This document shows, piece after piece, positions 1-11,889 of a stretch of DNA of 64,000 nt (positions within the stretch are counted from its first letter, which is position 1; each line of letters starts with the position of its first letter). The notes beneath the pieces were generated by a model that was not told where the DNA came from, ran no database searches, and saw only the letters and a program-made list of their open reading frames with translations. A program made the translations under genes and the position numbers. The DNA lies in NCBI RefSeq assembly GCF_006345805.1, contig NC_043012.1, positions 41,416,001 through 41,480,000 on the forward strand, read 5' to 3'. Origin of the DNA: Octopus sinensis. Lineage: Eukaryota.

Positions 1-198
1 ACATAGATAAACACATAACGCGACACAGGAAATATTTTATCCAGGCTCACAGATTCATGCAGAAATAATATGAATATCTATGTATGTATTTAGCTACATA
101 TGTGTTTGTATGTATAGATGTATGTATGTATGTATCTATCTATCTAACTCTGTATGTATGTATCTATCAATCTATCTATCCATCTATCTATCTATCTG

Positions 199-239
<41 letters not shown>

Positions 240-257
240 ATATATTATATATATGTG

Positions 258-307
<50 letters not shown>

Positions 308-739
308 ATAACATACATACATTCATGTGTATGCACGTATGTATGTATTCCAAGAAGGCACGGTACCAATGACGGTCTGTTCTACTTTTGCTTGTAGTAA
401 ATAAAAACATTCCTGAGATTTTCAATATTTTGTTTTGTTAGAAGTAATTGCTGAGTATGTAGTGTGGTAATTTCGGCCGTATCTCGAAATATCACATCCA
501 TCTCTCACTCGTACACACACAGCAGCTATCATATTCTCACATATGTGCAACAGAGCATATACATACACATATATATATGTGTGTATAGAAAACAACCGTT
601 GGGTGTAGAAAACAACCGTTGCTTTCGTATATACACCTTCACATAGTTACACACGCAAACATCTATAAGTAAATATGTGAGTGTGTCAGAGATATATTAA
701 GGAACTATATGGACAGAGAATCGCTTTGAAATTACATAC

Positions 740-849
740 CGATGAGATGCCCATTCTTGACCTGTCCCCAAACTGAGGCAGATAGAATTACCACAATGTA
801 CACAGACAAGTAGATCCTCATTTCTAATGTAATTTGCTGCTTGAAGCTT
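740..849 (-). CDS. Candidate first coding exon of a secreted or membrane protein (signal peptide); the gene would continue leftwards out of the window
   Basis: Minus strand: long pyrimidine tract ttgtctttgttttcttttattgCAG (AG at 851-850), a 110-nt exon, then donor G|GTATGT (739-734). ATG at 821 gives [27 protein letters not shown], a classic n/h/c-region signal peptide followed by a phase-1 intron. A second frame is also open, so the reading is inferred. Confidence 0.6.
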
Positions 850-941
850 CTGCAATAAAAGAAAACAAAGACAAGGTAAGTAAATTCATCAATTTCTCAA
901 GTCTATATGTGTATATATATATATATATATATTTATGTATG

Positions 942-1001
<60 letters not shown>

Positions 1002-1463
1002 AATATATGTATGTATATATGTATATACGTATACATACATATATATATATATGTATATATTATATATGTATATGTATATCTATATATATATAGTGAATAT
1101 ATAAATAATTCCAGAAGATTGATAGAGAGAATGAGAGAGAGAGAGAAAGAGAGAAAGAGAGAGATGAAATGCTCATTGTATAATAAATATGAAAAGTAAT
1201 ATGTTAAATCTCATGTTCGAAATAATCAACGAGTGTATATATACATACACACATACACACATTCATATATACATATATATACACACACATTCATACATGT
1301 ATATTTACCTATATGTGTGTATGTATGTTTATATGTATGAATATATACATATAAACATACATACACACATATAGGTAAATATACATGTATGAATGTGTGT
1401 GTATATATATGTATATATGAATGTGTGCATGTGTGTATGTATATATATGTATATATATATGTA

Positions 1464-1538
<75 letters not shown>

Positions 1539-1631
1539 AAAAGAGGATAAAATCTTTATACGAATTTATCAAGTAGTTAGCGTGAAAAACCTCATAAGGG
1601 AAAATTTATTAATTAATCTCTTTAAATATAT

Positions 1632-1688
<57 letters not shown>

Positions 1689-1709
1689 ATATATATATAT
1701 ACATATATA

Positions 1710-1890
1710 TGAATCGGCTTCATTACGCAATATTTTAATAAGGAAAAGCAATAGAAAACTCCAGCTGTCACAAGTATTTTCTCACAATCAACTTTTATTT
1801 CCTGTTTTACAAGTGTTCAAGGTGGCCACCACCTGCAACACGGGCAACATCAATGCGATAAGAGAATTCCTCCCAGACGCGTATCAGCAT
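1710..1890 (-). mobile_element. Tc1/mariner-superfamily (maT/rosa-like) transposase C-terminus and 3' flank fragment
   Basis: Minus frame 1890-1807 reads MLIRVWEEFSYRIDVARVAGGGHLEHL*, resembling the RVWxExxYRxDVxRxxxGxHIEHL* terminus of this group. Confidence 0.7.
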
Positions 1891-2025
1891 TTCAAAAACA
1901 ATTTCATTGTGGAAGTAAAAAATAAATTTGCGTTGTTTGAGGCGATTGCAGAAGATATTGACATAGAAGGGAAATGGAAAAACTTCGATAAAGCTTTCAA
2001 ACAGACGGCCAAAGAAGTACTCAGT
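1887..2025 (+). mobile_element. RTE-clade LINE fragment (APE-RT linker)
   Basis: FIVEVKNKFALFEAIAEDIDIEGKWKNFDKAFKQTAKEVL fits the F-x-E-x-x-N-(R/K)F ... W ... A-x-EVLG pattern of the RTE linker. Confidence 0.55.
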
Positions 2026-2075
2026 GGATCGTGATACGATGATACGCGTCTGGAGTTCTCTTATCGCATTGCTGG
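2020..2075 (+). mobile_element. Second, inverted copy of the same Tc1/mariner C-terminal fragment
   Basis: SVDRDTMIRVW(-)EFSYRI with a small deletion; 2040-2071 is the reverse complement of 1851-1886 except for a short internal indel. Confidence 0.65.
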
Positions 2076-2356
2076 TGTACCTGCTGAAGAAGACTTCGCC
2101 TAGAAAATTATTTTATTTGCTAAAAAGCTCTGAAACCATTGGTCCAGGAGTTAGATGGTGTATGTTTTTATTTATCGTTCCCTTCAAAATTTTATACCTA
2201 ATAGTGGTTTGGAATTTAACTGTTATGGGTGCCTCCTATGTGTTTAAATGTACACTGTATTTATATGAATAATATATGTCTATTGACTAGAGTTTTTCAC
2301 CCTAGGCCACTGGTAACGGAAATTTCTAATATTTCTGATTACCCTTTTGATATTAT

Positions 2357-2446
<90 letters not shown>

Positions 2447-3409
2447 ATATATATGCATATGTATATATATGTATACGAGGGTTAATTTATTCGACTAAAA
2501 CTCTTCAAGGTCGTACTCTAATATGGCTGCCATCCAATGCTGGAAACTGAAGGAAAGTAACATCTTTGTTCAAGGTGAGAAGTGAACTTAAAACATAAAG
2601 GTTATATTTAAAAAAAACACTTGATATTTTGTCCACCATTCAATGCCATTTCCATTCCCCACCCGCATCTCCTGGTTTTGTAAACATGGAGACAGTATTC
2701 TCGAAATTGTCCAATTATAGTTTATTTCATAATACAAGCTTAATTTGTATTTTATAAGTAGCCGGAAATTCCTTTTCAAAATCGACTAAAAAATAAATAA
2801 AAATGAAACAAAAAAGTGAGAAAAATATCAAAAAGATTTCGATTTAAGAAAATATTTTTCTCTCAATGAAAAAACTTCAATTTTTTTTATTTCAAAAATA
2901 AAACAATTTAACAATAGAACGATTAACAGATAATATTCAGATTAAACATCGAACTAAAGAGATATTCCAGTAAATTTATAATGCCCCTTAATCATTTTCA
3001 ATTCAATGTAATAATTCTAAGTTAAGCGTCTATTTAAACTAAAACCCGTTAATCCCCTAATCTCATCTCAGGACTATAATCCTACAATATTGAAGAAATC
3101 TCTGTCTCACAGAAGTCTTAATTGAGCTCATATTATTTTTATTCATTTTGTGTTTTGTTTATTTTTACTGTCCTTTTTTTAGTTTTCTTTAATAATCAGG
3201 TTCGATTCATTTATTTAGTTATACAATTCTACCATTTTTTTTATATAGAGCAGTGTGTGGCAACCACTGCCACTGCCACACATACAGTTGTTTGAGTTAT
3301 CTTCGTTCCGGCTCAACTTAGAGCTGGAATGATTTGCTTTTCAGAAAAGTACAAAAATCACTTGTTTACACGGAAACGTTCACATTCATGCACAACTATA
3401 TTATTAAGG

Positions 3410-3658
3410 AAAAAGGACCTTATTCGAGTTATATAGACTTTAGGGGCCGTTTTCTCAGTGTCTGTTGCTTGTATATTCCCCAGTGCACAGGACGCCCGTT
3501 CGTAGCAGGATTACTCATTTTTTTGCCGGCTGAGTTGAATGGAGCAACGTGAAATGAGGTGTTTTGCTCAAGAACACAATCTGTCGCCAGGTACAGGAAT
3601 TGAAACCGAATCTTACGATCAAGAGTCCAACAACCTAACAACTATGCTACACGCCTCC
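3410..3658 (-). mobile_element. tRNA-derived SINE, family C
   Basis: Minus head ggaggcgtgtagcatagttgttagg with B-box-like ggtttcaattcc; body gtgttcttgagcaaaacac...cagccggcaaaaaatgagt, shared with the copy at 39039-39310. Confidence 0.75.
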
Positions 3659-3952
3659 GCTCATTCATATAGATAGAGCATTCGATAGATAGATTGAAAT
3701 ACCTACTTATATATTAGATATACATTCACACACACACATATATATATGTGTATATATATACATATATATATACACACACAGTACCCCGCCCCCACATATA
3801 TTAATTCTCTATATTTTTGGCATTCCTTGTAGTCGGTCCATTCTGTATGTAAGTATTTATACATTTTTTGTATTTCATGGATCTTATATACTTAATATAT
3901 TGATATGTCGATATATATACATACATGCATATATATATATATGTATATATAT

Positions 3953-3999
<47 letters not shown>

Positions 4000-4064
4000 C
4001 ATACATAATATATATACATATACATACACATATATATGTATATATATATTAATATTTATATAAC

Positions 4065-4245
4065 GGGAAGCTTTATGAAAATAAACAAAAGACGAAGGCA
4101 GGTGGAAAACAAACGAACAATTGTATTAGTATGGCGCTCAGGAAATATAAATAAAACAAGTCTTTAACGTTTCGAGCCTACGCTCTTCAACAGAAAGATA
4201 CACAGAGAGAGAAAAACACAGAAAGAAGGAGAGAAAAAAAATGAG
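4065..4245 (-). mobile_element. Penelope-like element terminal fragment with hammerhead-like motif
   Basis: Homologous to 18408-18540. Minus strand contains ctgttgaa-gagc-gtag-gctc-gaaacgtt and ends in a (TA)n tail. Confidence 0.6.
4161..4198 (-). ncRNA. Minimal type-I hammerhead-ribozyme-like motif (variant core)
   Basis: 5'-ucuuu CUGUUGA A gagc-guag-gcuc GAAA CG U U aaaga: 5-bp stem I, 4-bp stem II, palindromic ACGU in place of stem III. Core has U instead of the canonical A6. Confidence 0.55.
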
Positions 4246-4331
4246 AGAATACACATATATATTTATATATATGTGTATATACATATGCATGTAATGTATA
4301 TATAAGTATGTAATATATACATATATATATA

Positions 4332-4560
4332 CCTATTCTTTACTACCCACACAGGGGCTAAACACAGAAGGAGACAACAAGGACAGACAAACAATTAGTC
4401 GATTATTCGACCCCAGTGCGTAACTAGTACTTATTTAATCGACCCCGAAAGGATGAAAGGCAAAGTCGCCTCGGCGGAATTTGAACTCAGAACGTAACAG
4501 CTGACGAAGTACCGCGAAGCATTTCGCCCGGCGTGCTAACGTTTCTGCCAGCTCGCCGCC
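4332..4560 (-). mobile_element. tRNA-derived SINE family A, tail type 1 (Tx1-like tail)
   Basis: Head ggcggcgagctggcagaa, B box gagttcaaattcc, central cctttcatcctttcggggtcgat, tail ...tgtgtttagcccctgtgtgggtagtaaagaatagg. Confidence 0.9.
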
Positions 4561-4889
4561 TTAATATATATACCTATGTATATATACATATATATATACC
4601 TATGTATACATCTATGTCTATACATATGTATGTATGTGTGTATTCAAAGAGACAGACAGACAGACAGGCAGAGATTAAGAGATTTATTTAAGGACATAAC
4701 ATCATTTATCCCAGCAGATGTGCTTATTGGGGGAAATTAAATTTTCTTCCCGATGCAAACCAGAAATATAAGATCATTGCTTGTCGAGTGAAGTAATTAG
4801 GAGTCGTAGATAAATGTTTTGTGGTGAACTAATATGATATGCTATATATCTGAATGACCTGGTCTTTGTATTGGTCGTCTGCCAATCAG

Positions 4890-5100
4890 TCAATCATATC
4901 TAATTTCACTAATAAAACCGACGCCGCAGAGGAGCATTCTGAGTAATGGCGTATGTTCATTTCGATAGAAATGATTCAGACCTGAATAGAATACTGAAAG
5001 TGTTATGGGCGACAAGATCACGCAGATGGCTTTCACGCCTTGGGGAAACAATAGAATGTGTGAAAATAGCGCAATTGCATTGGAGTAGATGGAAGTCACT
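4890..5100 (-). mobile_element. Degenerate RTE reverse-transcriptase fragment
   Basis: QGVKAICVILSPITLSVFYSGL resembles the RTE RT motif GVKQGCVLxPxLFSxF. Confidence 0.45.
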
Positions 5101-5265
5101 TACGACGTTGCCTGAAAGAGTTAAGTGATCGATGACTATGTCAAGGCAGAGGAGAAAATCGATGGTGTGTGGAAGGGATGAGGGACAAGAAAGTAGAAGC
5201 GATTATCTAGTCATCTTCCTTCCTTCCTTGTAAGAGTACACTAAGTGGTGCTACTAAGGACGTAT

Positions 5266-5301
<36 letters not shown>

Positions 5302-5303
5302 AT

Positions 5304-5339
<36 letters not shown>

Positions 5340-5390
5340 ATAAAGGCATTAATAAATCTCTGAACGAGATATAAACATTAACCGCTCGAC

Positions 5391-5709
5391 AACGTAAAGT
5401 GCACTAGCCATCTGAATGTGGCTAGCCACTGGGGGTGGGGTGTTACTGATGCTTTTAGCCTCAGGAGATCAACGTCACCAGCTGGCCTTAGACACAAAAT
5501 TTCAGTGCCCTTGTGTTATTTGCAAAGGGAGGTAATCCTCCATCGAAAACCTAAGTGATACATACGGACTATAGTTTCAAGGTAATTGCCTCTCGTCAAC
5601 GCATGTGTCTAAGGCCAGCTGGTGACGTTGATCTTCTGGGGCTAAAAGCATCAGTAACACCCCACCCCCAGTGGCTAGTCACATTCAGATGGCTAATACA
5701 CTTTACGTT
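5391..5709. repeat. Long inverted repeat (106-bp arms, 107-bp spacer)
   Basis: 5391-5496 is the reverse complement of 5604-5709 with 5 mismatches, all transitions. Confidence 0.95.
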
Positions 5710-5825
5710 ATATATATATACTTATATATATATATTCACATACATATAGACACACGCATACACATATATATATATGTATAGATATGTGAGTGTATATATA
5801 TATATATTATATATATATATTATAT

Positions 5826-5856
<31 letters not shown>

Positions 5857-6449
5857 TATATATGCATGTATGTATATGCACGTGTGAATTTATATATATG
5901 CAGATCAGAGATTTAACTAAATGTCAGCCCTTCAACAAGCACCTATCAAGATCCTGGAGCAACGTATCACATCGAGATCGAACGAATCAATCGTTAGCTT
6001 CACAGAAATGAACATCGAAGCAGAAACTAAAATTCCAACTTAACATTTAACCTAATGACATACATACTTTGATCTCATTATATTTTAAAACGACGAACAC
6101 CTTGATAAATTCAAATCTTCTTTTTGTCGCATTTCGATCATGCAAAATGGATCAATATTTGAATATCCAAGTGAAATAATTGCACGTTCTGTTCTTCGCT
6201 TTTAACGCACTAATGCATAATCTTCATATTTTTATAGTCTATTTTAATTCTCTATTTAAAACCATGTAGTTTCACCTATATAACTTGTGAAACATATCTC
6301 AGTGTGACAGTTTCCACTTGTTTCTTCCCATTCCACGCTCCCTTAATTATGTCTATGCATGTATGCAGGTATGTATGTAAGCATATGTGTATGTATATAG
6401 GTATTATGCATATATAAGTATAATATGCATGTGTATCTATCTATCTATG

Positions 6450-6541
<92 letters not shown>

Positions 6542-6775
6542 ATGCTCAGAGATGATCTTTTTGACAGTTATTCCAACCCATATATATATGTGTGTGTGTT
6601 TGTATAATATATGTATATATACATGTATGTAATTATATATATATATATACATACATAATATGATATCTTCAACGGTTCCATAACTCCTATCTCGGCTTTG
6701 ACTATGGAGTCCTGGTAATCCGTTACAGCACTTACCCAGCGTACTAGTCGTTTAGATCACCTGTGAACTAAACCC

Positions 6776-6841
<66 letters not shown>

Positions 6842-6865
6842 TGTATACATATATATATATATATA

Positions 6866-6947
<82 letters not shown>

Positions 6948-8032
6948 TTAGACAGAGGGAGGGAGTGCGAGAGAGCCACACAGAGAGTACAATAATAAAT
7001 GCCTCACAGATGTGAGTATAGAAAGCGTTTTAAAAGAAGATAATTCTCTGAAGCAGATTTGTAAGAAAGTTCGTTTTGCAATCAATTCTTAGTTTTATTT
7101 AATTTAATTGAAATTAATTTGTGTTTTATGACGTGAACTATAGAATATCGACTGCAATGTTCAAAGTGATGCCTTTCGATACAAATAACTCTAAAATTCA
7201 TCCACGTTACACACTTTTCAGGCAATCGGTTTCCATGTATATTTTATAGAAATATAACAAAAATATTTATTGTGTGTAGACAAATCCTGCGTTTTATCGT
7301 TATTAAGTTTTCGATAAACATAAATTCAACTCACGTTTATAGATTTCCCTTCCTATATATGACAATTTTATTTTCTTGTGTCCTTTCGTTTTAACCATAA
7401 TTATTTCATTATATTTATGCTGTAAACATTTAATTAATCAATAGCTATTTATCCTGATTATTCATATGCCATAGAATAATTTACATGAACTACTATGACA
7501 ACAAAAGCAACTATATCTTCTACAACAAAATTTATAATATTAACAAGACTAAGAGAGGCAGTAACAACACATTGGAAAGTGCTTGATTTTATATACGTTG
7601 TTTTTGCTTCTAGAGTTAATGTTCCAGTTGTTGTTGATAATACTACTGTTGTTGTTGTTGTTGTTCTTGTTGATTATGTTGTTAACGTTATCGTCGGTAC
7701 AGTTGTTGTGTTCTAAACACACACACACATGCGCACACGCACATGCCGATAAATGCACATTCATATACACATGCACACACATACAGGGTGCGGAGGGTAG
7801 AGAGGCTGGTTGAATGGCAAAAGGTAAGAACTTGGGAAAGGGAGAATGAATGAATGAGTGAATGAATGAATGAGTGAATGAATGAAGGAAGGAAATCAGA
7901 AAGGAAGGAAGGAGGGAAGATAAAACGAAAGAAATAAATGAGAAGGAGAAGGGGAGGAGAAAAGAAGAAAAATATCGAAAGAAGTGAATGGAAAATCAAA
8001 TTAAGCTAAGTCATTTATTGTTGTTGTTGTTG

Positions 8033-8063
<31 letters not shown>

Positions 8064-8083
8064 ATTATTATTATTATTATTAA

Positions 8084-8296
8084 GGCGGCAAGCTGGCAGA
8101 ATCGTTAGCACGCTGGACGAAATGCTTAGCGGTATTTAGCTCTTCGCTAAGTTCTGGGTTCAAATTCCGCCGACGTCGAGTTTACCTTTCATCCTTTCGG
8201 GGCCGATAAACTAAGCACCAGTTGATTAGTGGTGTCGATGTAATGAACTATCCCCCCATCCCCCAAATCTCATGCCTTGTGTCTTTAGTAGAAAGG
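8084..8296 (+). mobile_element. SINE family A, tail type 2 ((ATT)n tail)
   Basis: ggcggcaagctggcagaatcgttagc head; tail ccttgtgtctttagtagaaagg followed by (ATT)n; also preceded by (ATT)n. Confidence 0.9.
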
Positions 8297-8344
<48 letters not shown>

Positions 8345-8345
<1 letters not shown>

Positions 8346-9026
8346 CTTCGTAACACAGACTAAGTAAAAATACACTGGATTCTTTAGTCATCTGTCAAGT
8401 CACAACAAGGACCTCACACAGATAATACTTTCCTTAAGATTTTGTCCAATAAGGCTGCTTTTTGCAAGACATCAATCTTGTATGGGATTTCCAGTTGCCT
8501 TAAAAAGTCTTGAAGTTCTAATGGTATTGAGCCCAACGCTCCGATCACCACTGGTATCACTTTTACATTTCCCTCTCGCATTCCACACATTCTTGCCATT
8601 TCCACTTTCAATTCGGAGTACTTGGTGTTTTTTTTCAACCTCTTTACTCACAATATTCATGTCGTTTGGTATGGCTACATCAATGATCTGACAGTATTTG
8701 CCTCTCTTATTCAATATGACAATAACCGGCCGACGGTGTTCGTTTACACGATCCGTCTGAAAAATCATAGTCGCAGAGTATCGTTACTTTTCCATCCTCC
8801 TGCATAATTTACTTGATACATGCTCATACCAGTTCTCTGTTACTTAAAATTGGTATTTACGGCATAAGAGCCAATGAAGATACATACAAATTTTATGGTG
8901 GCGGTGCTTGTATTCTTTTTGTGCAAGGCACGCACATACACTAACCAACTGGGTCACATTTTCCACACTCTTTCCACAGACTCTACATTTCTGGGTATCA
9001 GAAGTTTTGTAGATGTTACTCCTAAA

Positions 9027-9027
<1 letters not shown>
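8345..9027 (-). mobile_element. R4/Dong-clade LINE, 5'-truncated (zinc knuckle plus restriction-like endonuclease)
   Basis: KCRVCGKSVENVTQLVSVCACLAQKEYKHRHHKI (knuckle), QTDR..EHRRPVIVI..CQIIDVAIP..KYSELK (PD-(D/E)xK), VIPVVIGALG..KAALL..ILRKVL*. Both ends abut (TAA)n. Confidence 0.9.
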
Positions 9028-9095
<68 letters not shown>

Positions 9096-9096
9096 A

Positions 9097-9240
9097 GGTG
9101 GTGAAAGCGAAGAAAACCGATGTTTAGCACACCGGACAAAACAGTTCGCGGCAATTCGTTCATCGTTACGTTCCGGGTTGAAATTCCGACAAGTCGACTT
9201 CACCGTTCATTCTTTCGGGGTCGATAACACAAGCACCAGT
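9097..9240 (+). mobile_element. SINE family A (degenerate)
   Basis: ttagcacaccggacaaaa...gggttgaaattccg...ctttcggggtcgataa; starts directly after (ATT)n. Confidence 0.75.
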
Positions 9241-9396
9241 CAGACACGTCACCAGACTTTGGTGCGTTGGAATGTTTCAGAATATTGTGCATGGTGACTA
9301 ATCTCTGTATATCCAAGGGGGCACCATTGAATAGAGAGGGCGAAGTGCCGTGCAGTGCACCTCCTTTGCGATAGGATCATTACTGTGTTATTAATA

Positions 9397-9613
9397 GCAG
9401 CGAGCTGGCAGAATGGTTAGCATGACGGACAAAATGCTTAACGTCATTTCGACTGTGTTTACGTTCTGAGTTCGAATTCCGCCTACGTAGATTTTACCTT
9501 TCATCATTTCGAAATCAATAAAATAAGGAGTTAAGAACTTGGGTTGATATAATCAACTTTTCTCCCCGCACACTTCCACCCAAAATTGCATGTCTTGTGC
9601 GTATAATAGAAAG
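9397..9613 (+). mobile_element. SINE family A, tail type 2
   Basis: gcagcgagctggcagaatggttagc head, gagttcgaattcc B box, tail tcttgtgcgtataatagaaag. Confidence 0.8.
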
Positions 9614-9899
9614 AGAAAAGAGATAGTATGTCATTAATTAACGCAATGAATTACATCTATATATGTATATAGATATATATTATATTTATTTATTGAGGCA
9701 ATGTGATATGTATTCTATATTTATTAATGCAATATAATACATATGTGATAACAAAATGAAAGGAATAATCCTCGCCTTTCATATTTCCGACATTTTTATG
9801 CAAATAAAGAAACAAAATGCGTGTTTAATTAAAACTTCCACGCACACTTATCGCCCACATCCTCTCATCGATAACAACATTATCAGCAGTGATACTAAT

Positions 9900-9930
9900 A
9901 TCGATGATGATAATGATGATGATAATGATG

Positions 9931-9961
<31 letters not shown>

Positions 9962-9982
9962 TGATGATGGTGATGGTGATGG

Positions 9983-10014
<32 letters not shown>

Positions 10015-10072
10015 GTGGTGATGATGATGATGATAATGATGATGATGATGATGATGATGTTGATGATGAAGG
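9900..10072. repeat. (GAT/GAC/GGT)n compound trinucleotide microsatellite
   Basis: Direct reading; explains the poly-D, poly-M and poly-I ORFs. Confidence 0.95.
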
Positions 10073-10648
10073 TGATCATTCGCTCTGCTGCATTGCTATC
10101 GCTTAGTATACACATCTCGGTGAGATAATTTTGTCCTATGTCCATTGTTCTCTTTCAAGGCGAAAAACACATGGACATCAAAAAAAAAAAGAAAAGAAAA
10201 GAAAAGAAGGTGCGGCTCTATGTGTGTATGTGTGTGTGTGTGTTTAAAATGAAAGAGGTGGGCGATTGAGAGCAGCGTAATCAATAGAAATAAAATCAAT
10301 AATCTTTCATTTTATCCTTCCTTTGTTTCAACGTCTTTCGTTTCCTTTTTATTATATATATACATATATTCGTTTATACTATCTTTCATCTTTATTTTAA
10401 TTATCTGCTTTTCCTTCCCTTTGAGATACGATTTTATTGGATTTTAAAATATGAAACAGAATATAAGTGCATATGTGCGCGTATACGCAAGTATATATAC
10501 CTATATATAATACATAAATATATATATACATATATATATATATATAATATATATATATTTATATATATATATATATAATATATAATATATATTAATTATA
10601 TATATTATATATATAATATATATATATAATATTATATATATATATGTA

Positions 10649-10686
<38 letters not shown>

Positions 10687-11154
10687 TATATATTCTGTAT
10701 GTCTGTGTGTGTATGGTTGTGCAATATTTTCTATATGAAATTATATAGTGAGAAATGGTAAATATGGAAAGCTTTGATAACTTACAGAGTAAAATTTAAT
10801 GATGCTTTGTTAAAATAAATTTATATACAAATGATGTGTATGTTAATTATTTAGCCGAGTAAACGTTGTGCTTCGTATAGATTAATGGATTAACGGGAGT
10901 GACGAGTGAGGTAGGAGGGAATGCGAGGGACAGTCAGAGTCAACCTCATACACACATTAATGTGCGATATATGTTCATATATATATATATATAGAATTAT
11001 GTACCTATGTATATATTTAGGCTAAAATGTATATATACCCGGTATACATCTATATATGCCTTTCCGTCTACTCTCTCCACCTCTCTCCACTTTTCTTTCT
11101 TTGTGTGTCTCCTTCTCTCTGCATTTATATATACGTGTATATATATATATACAG

Positions 11155-11155
<1 letters not shown>

Positions 11156-11209
<54 letters not shown>

Positions 11210-11256
11210 CAGATAGATAGATAGATAGATATATAGATAGATAGATAGATAGATAT

Positions 11257-11290
<34 letters not shown>

Positions 11291-11369
11291 TGATAGACAG
11301 CTAGATAGATAGGTAGATATATAGATATATAGATATATAGATAGATAGATAGGTAGCTAGCTAGCTAGC

Positions 11370-11454
<85 letters not shown>
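11156..11454. repeat. (GATA)n microsatellite
   Basis: Direct reading. Confidence 0.97.
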
Positions 11455-11455
<1 letters not shown>

Positions 11456-11889
11456 CAGAGTATAATTCTGATAAAAACATTCGACCACGCATCAAGGAGC
11501 CCATATGCAGTTATTTGGCCACCACATGTCATTCTACAGTACAGTATAATCGCCCCACCGGATGAAGGGCTCTCTTATGGCTGTTTAGTGATATTTAGCT
11601 ATCTAGCTATCTAGTGATTATAAAGAATAATCTTGTATAGTTGTATGTAAATATAGATTCAGCAACTTCAATCTGGTGTGCTCGTGCAGAAACAAATGCT
11701 TTGTACGTCTGTTTAAGCTTGGTATACCCATATACCCCAACTTTGTTTTAAGTGTGTGGTGTGTTTGTGTTTGTTTGTGTGTGTGTGTGTGTGTTTGTTT
11801 GTTTGTGTGCTAGACTGTTACTCGAGTAGAGATAATCTTATAGGGCCCTCAATCACTATTTCAGAAAACCAATGAATCAATCGAAACAA

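Noticed and set aside
330-410. Possible second exon of the signal-peptide gene (AKVEQTVIGTVPSW or GMFLFTTSKSRTD)
   Set aside because: Two competing mediocre acceptors and a weak donor inside a microsatellite.
581-621. Short direct repeat tagaaaacaaccgttg x2 containing Myb-like sites
   Set aside because: A simple local tandem duplication is sufficient; no evidence of function.
2735-2785. Strong minus-strand acceptor followed by (L)DFEKEFPATYKIQIK, cadherin-like
   Set aside because: The frame stops after 18 codons with no convincing donor or DxND motif; may be chance.
5104-5111. 8-nt micro-exon-like acceptor/donor pair on the minus strand
   Set aside because: Lies at the edge of an RTE relic; too short to support without reads.
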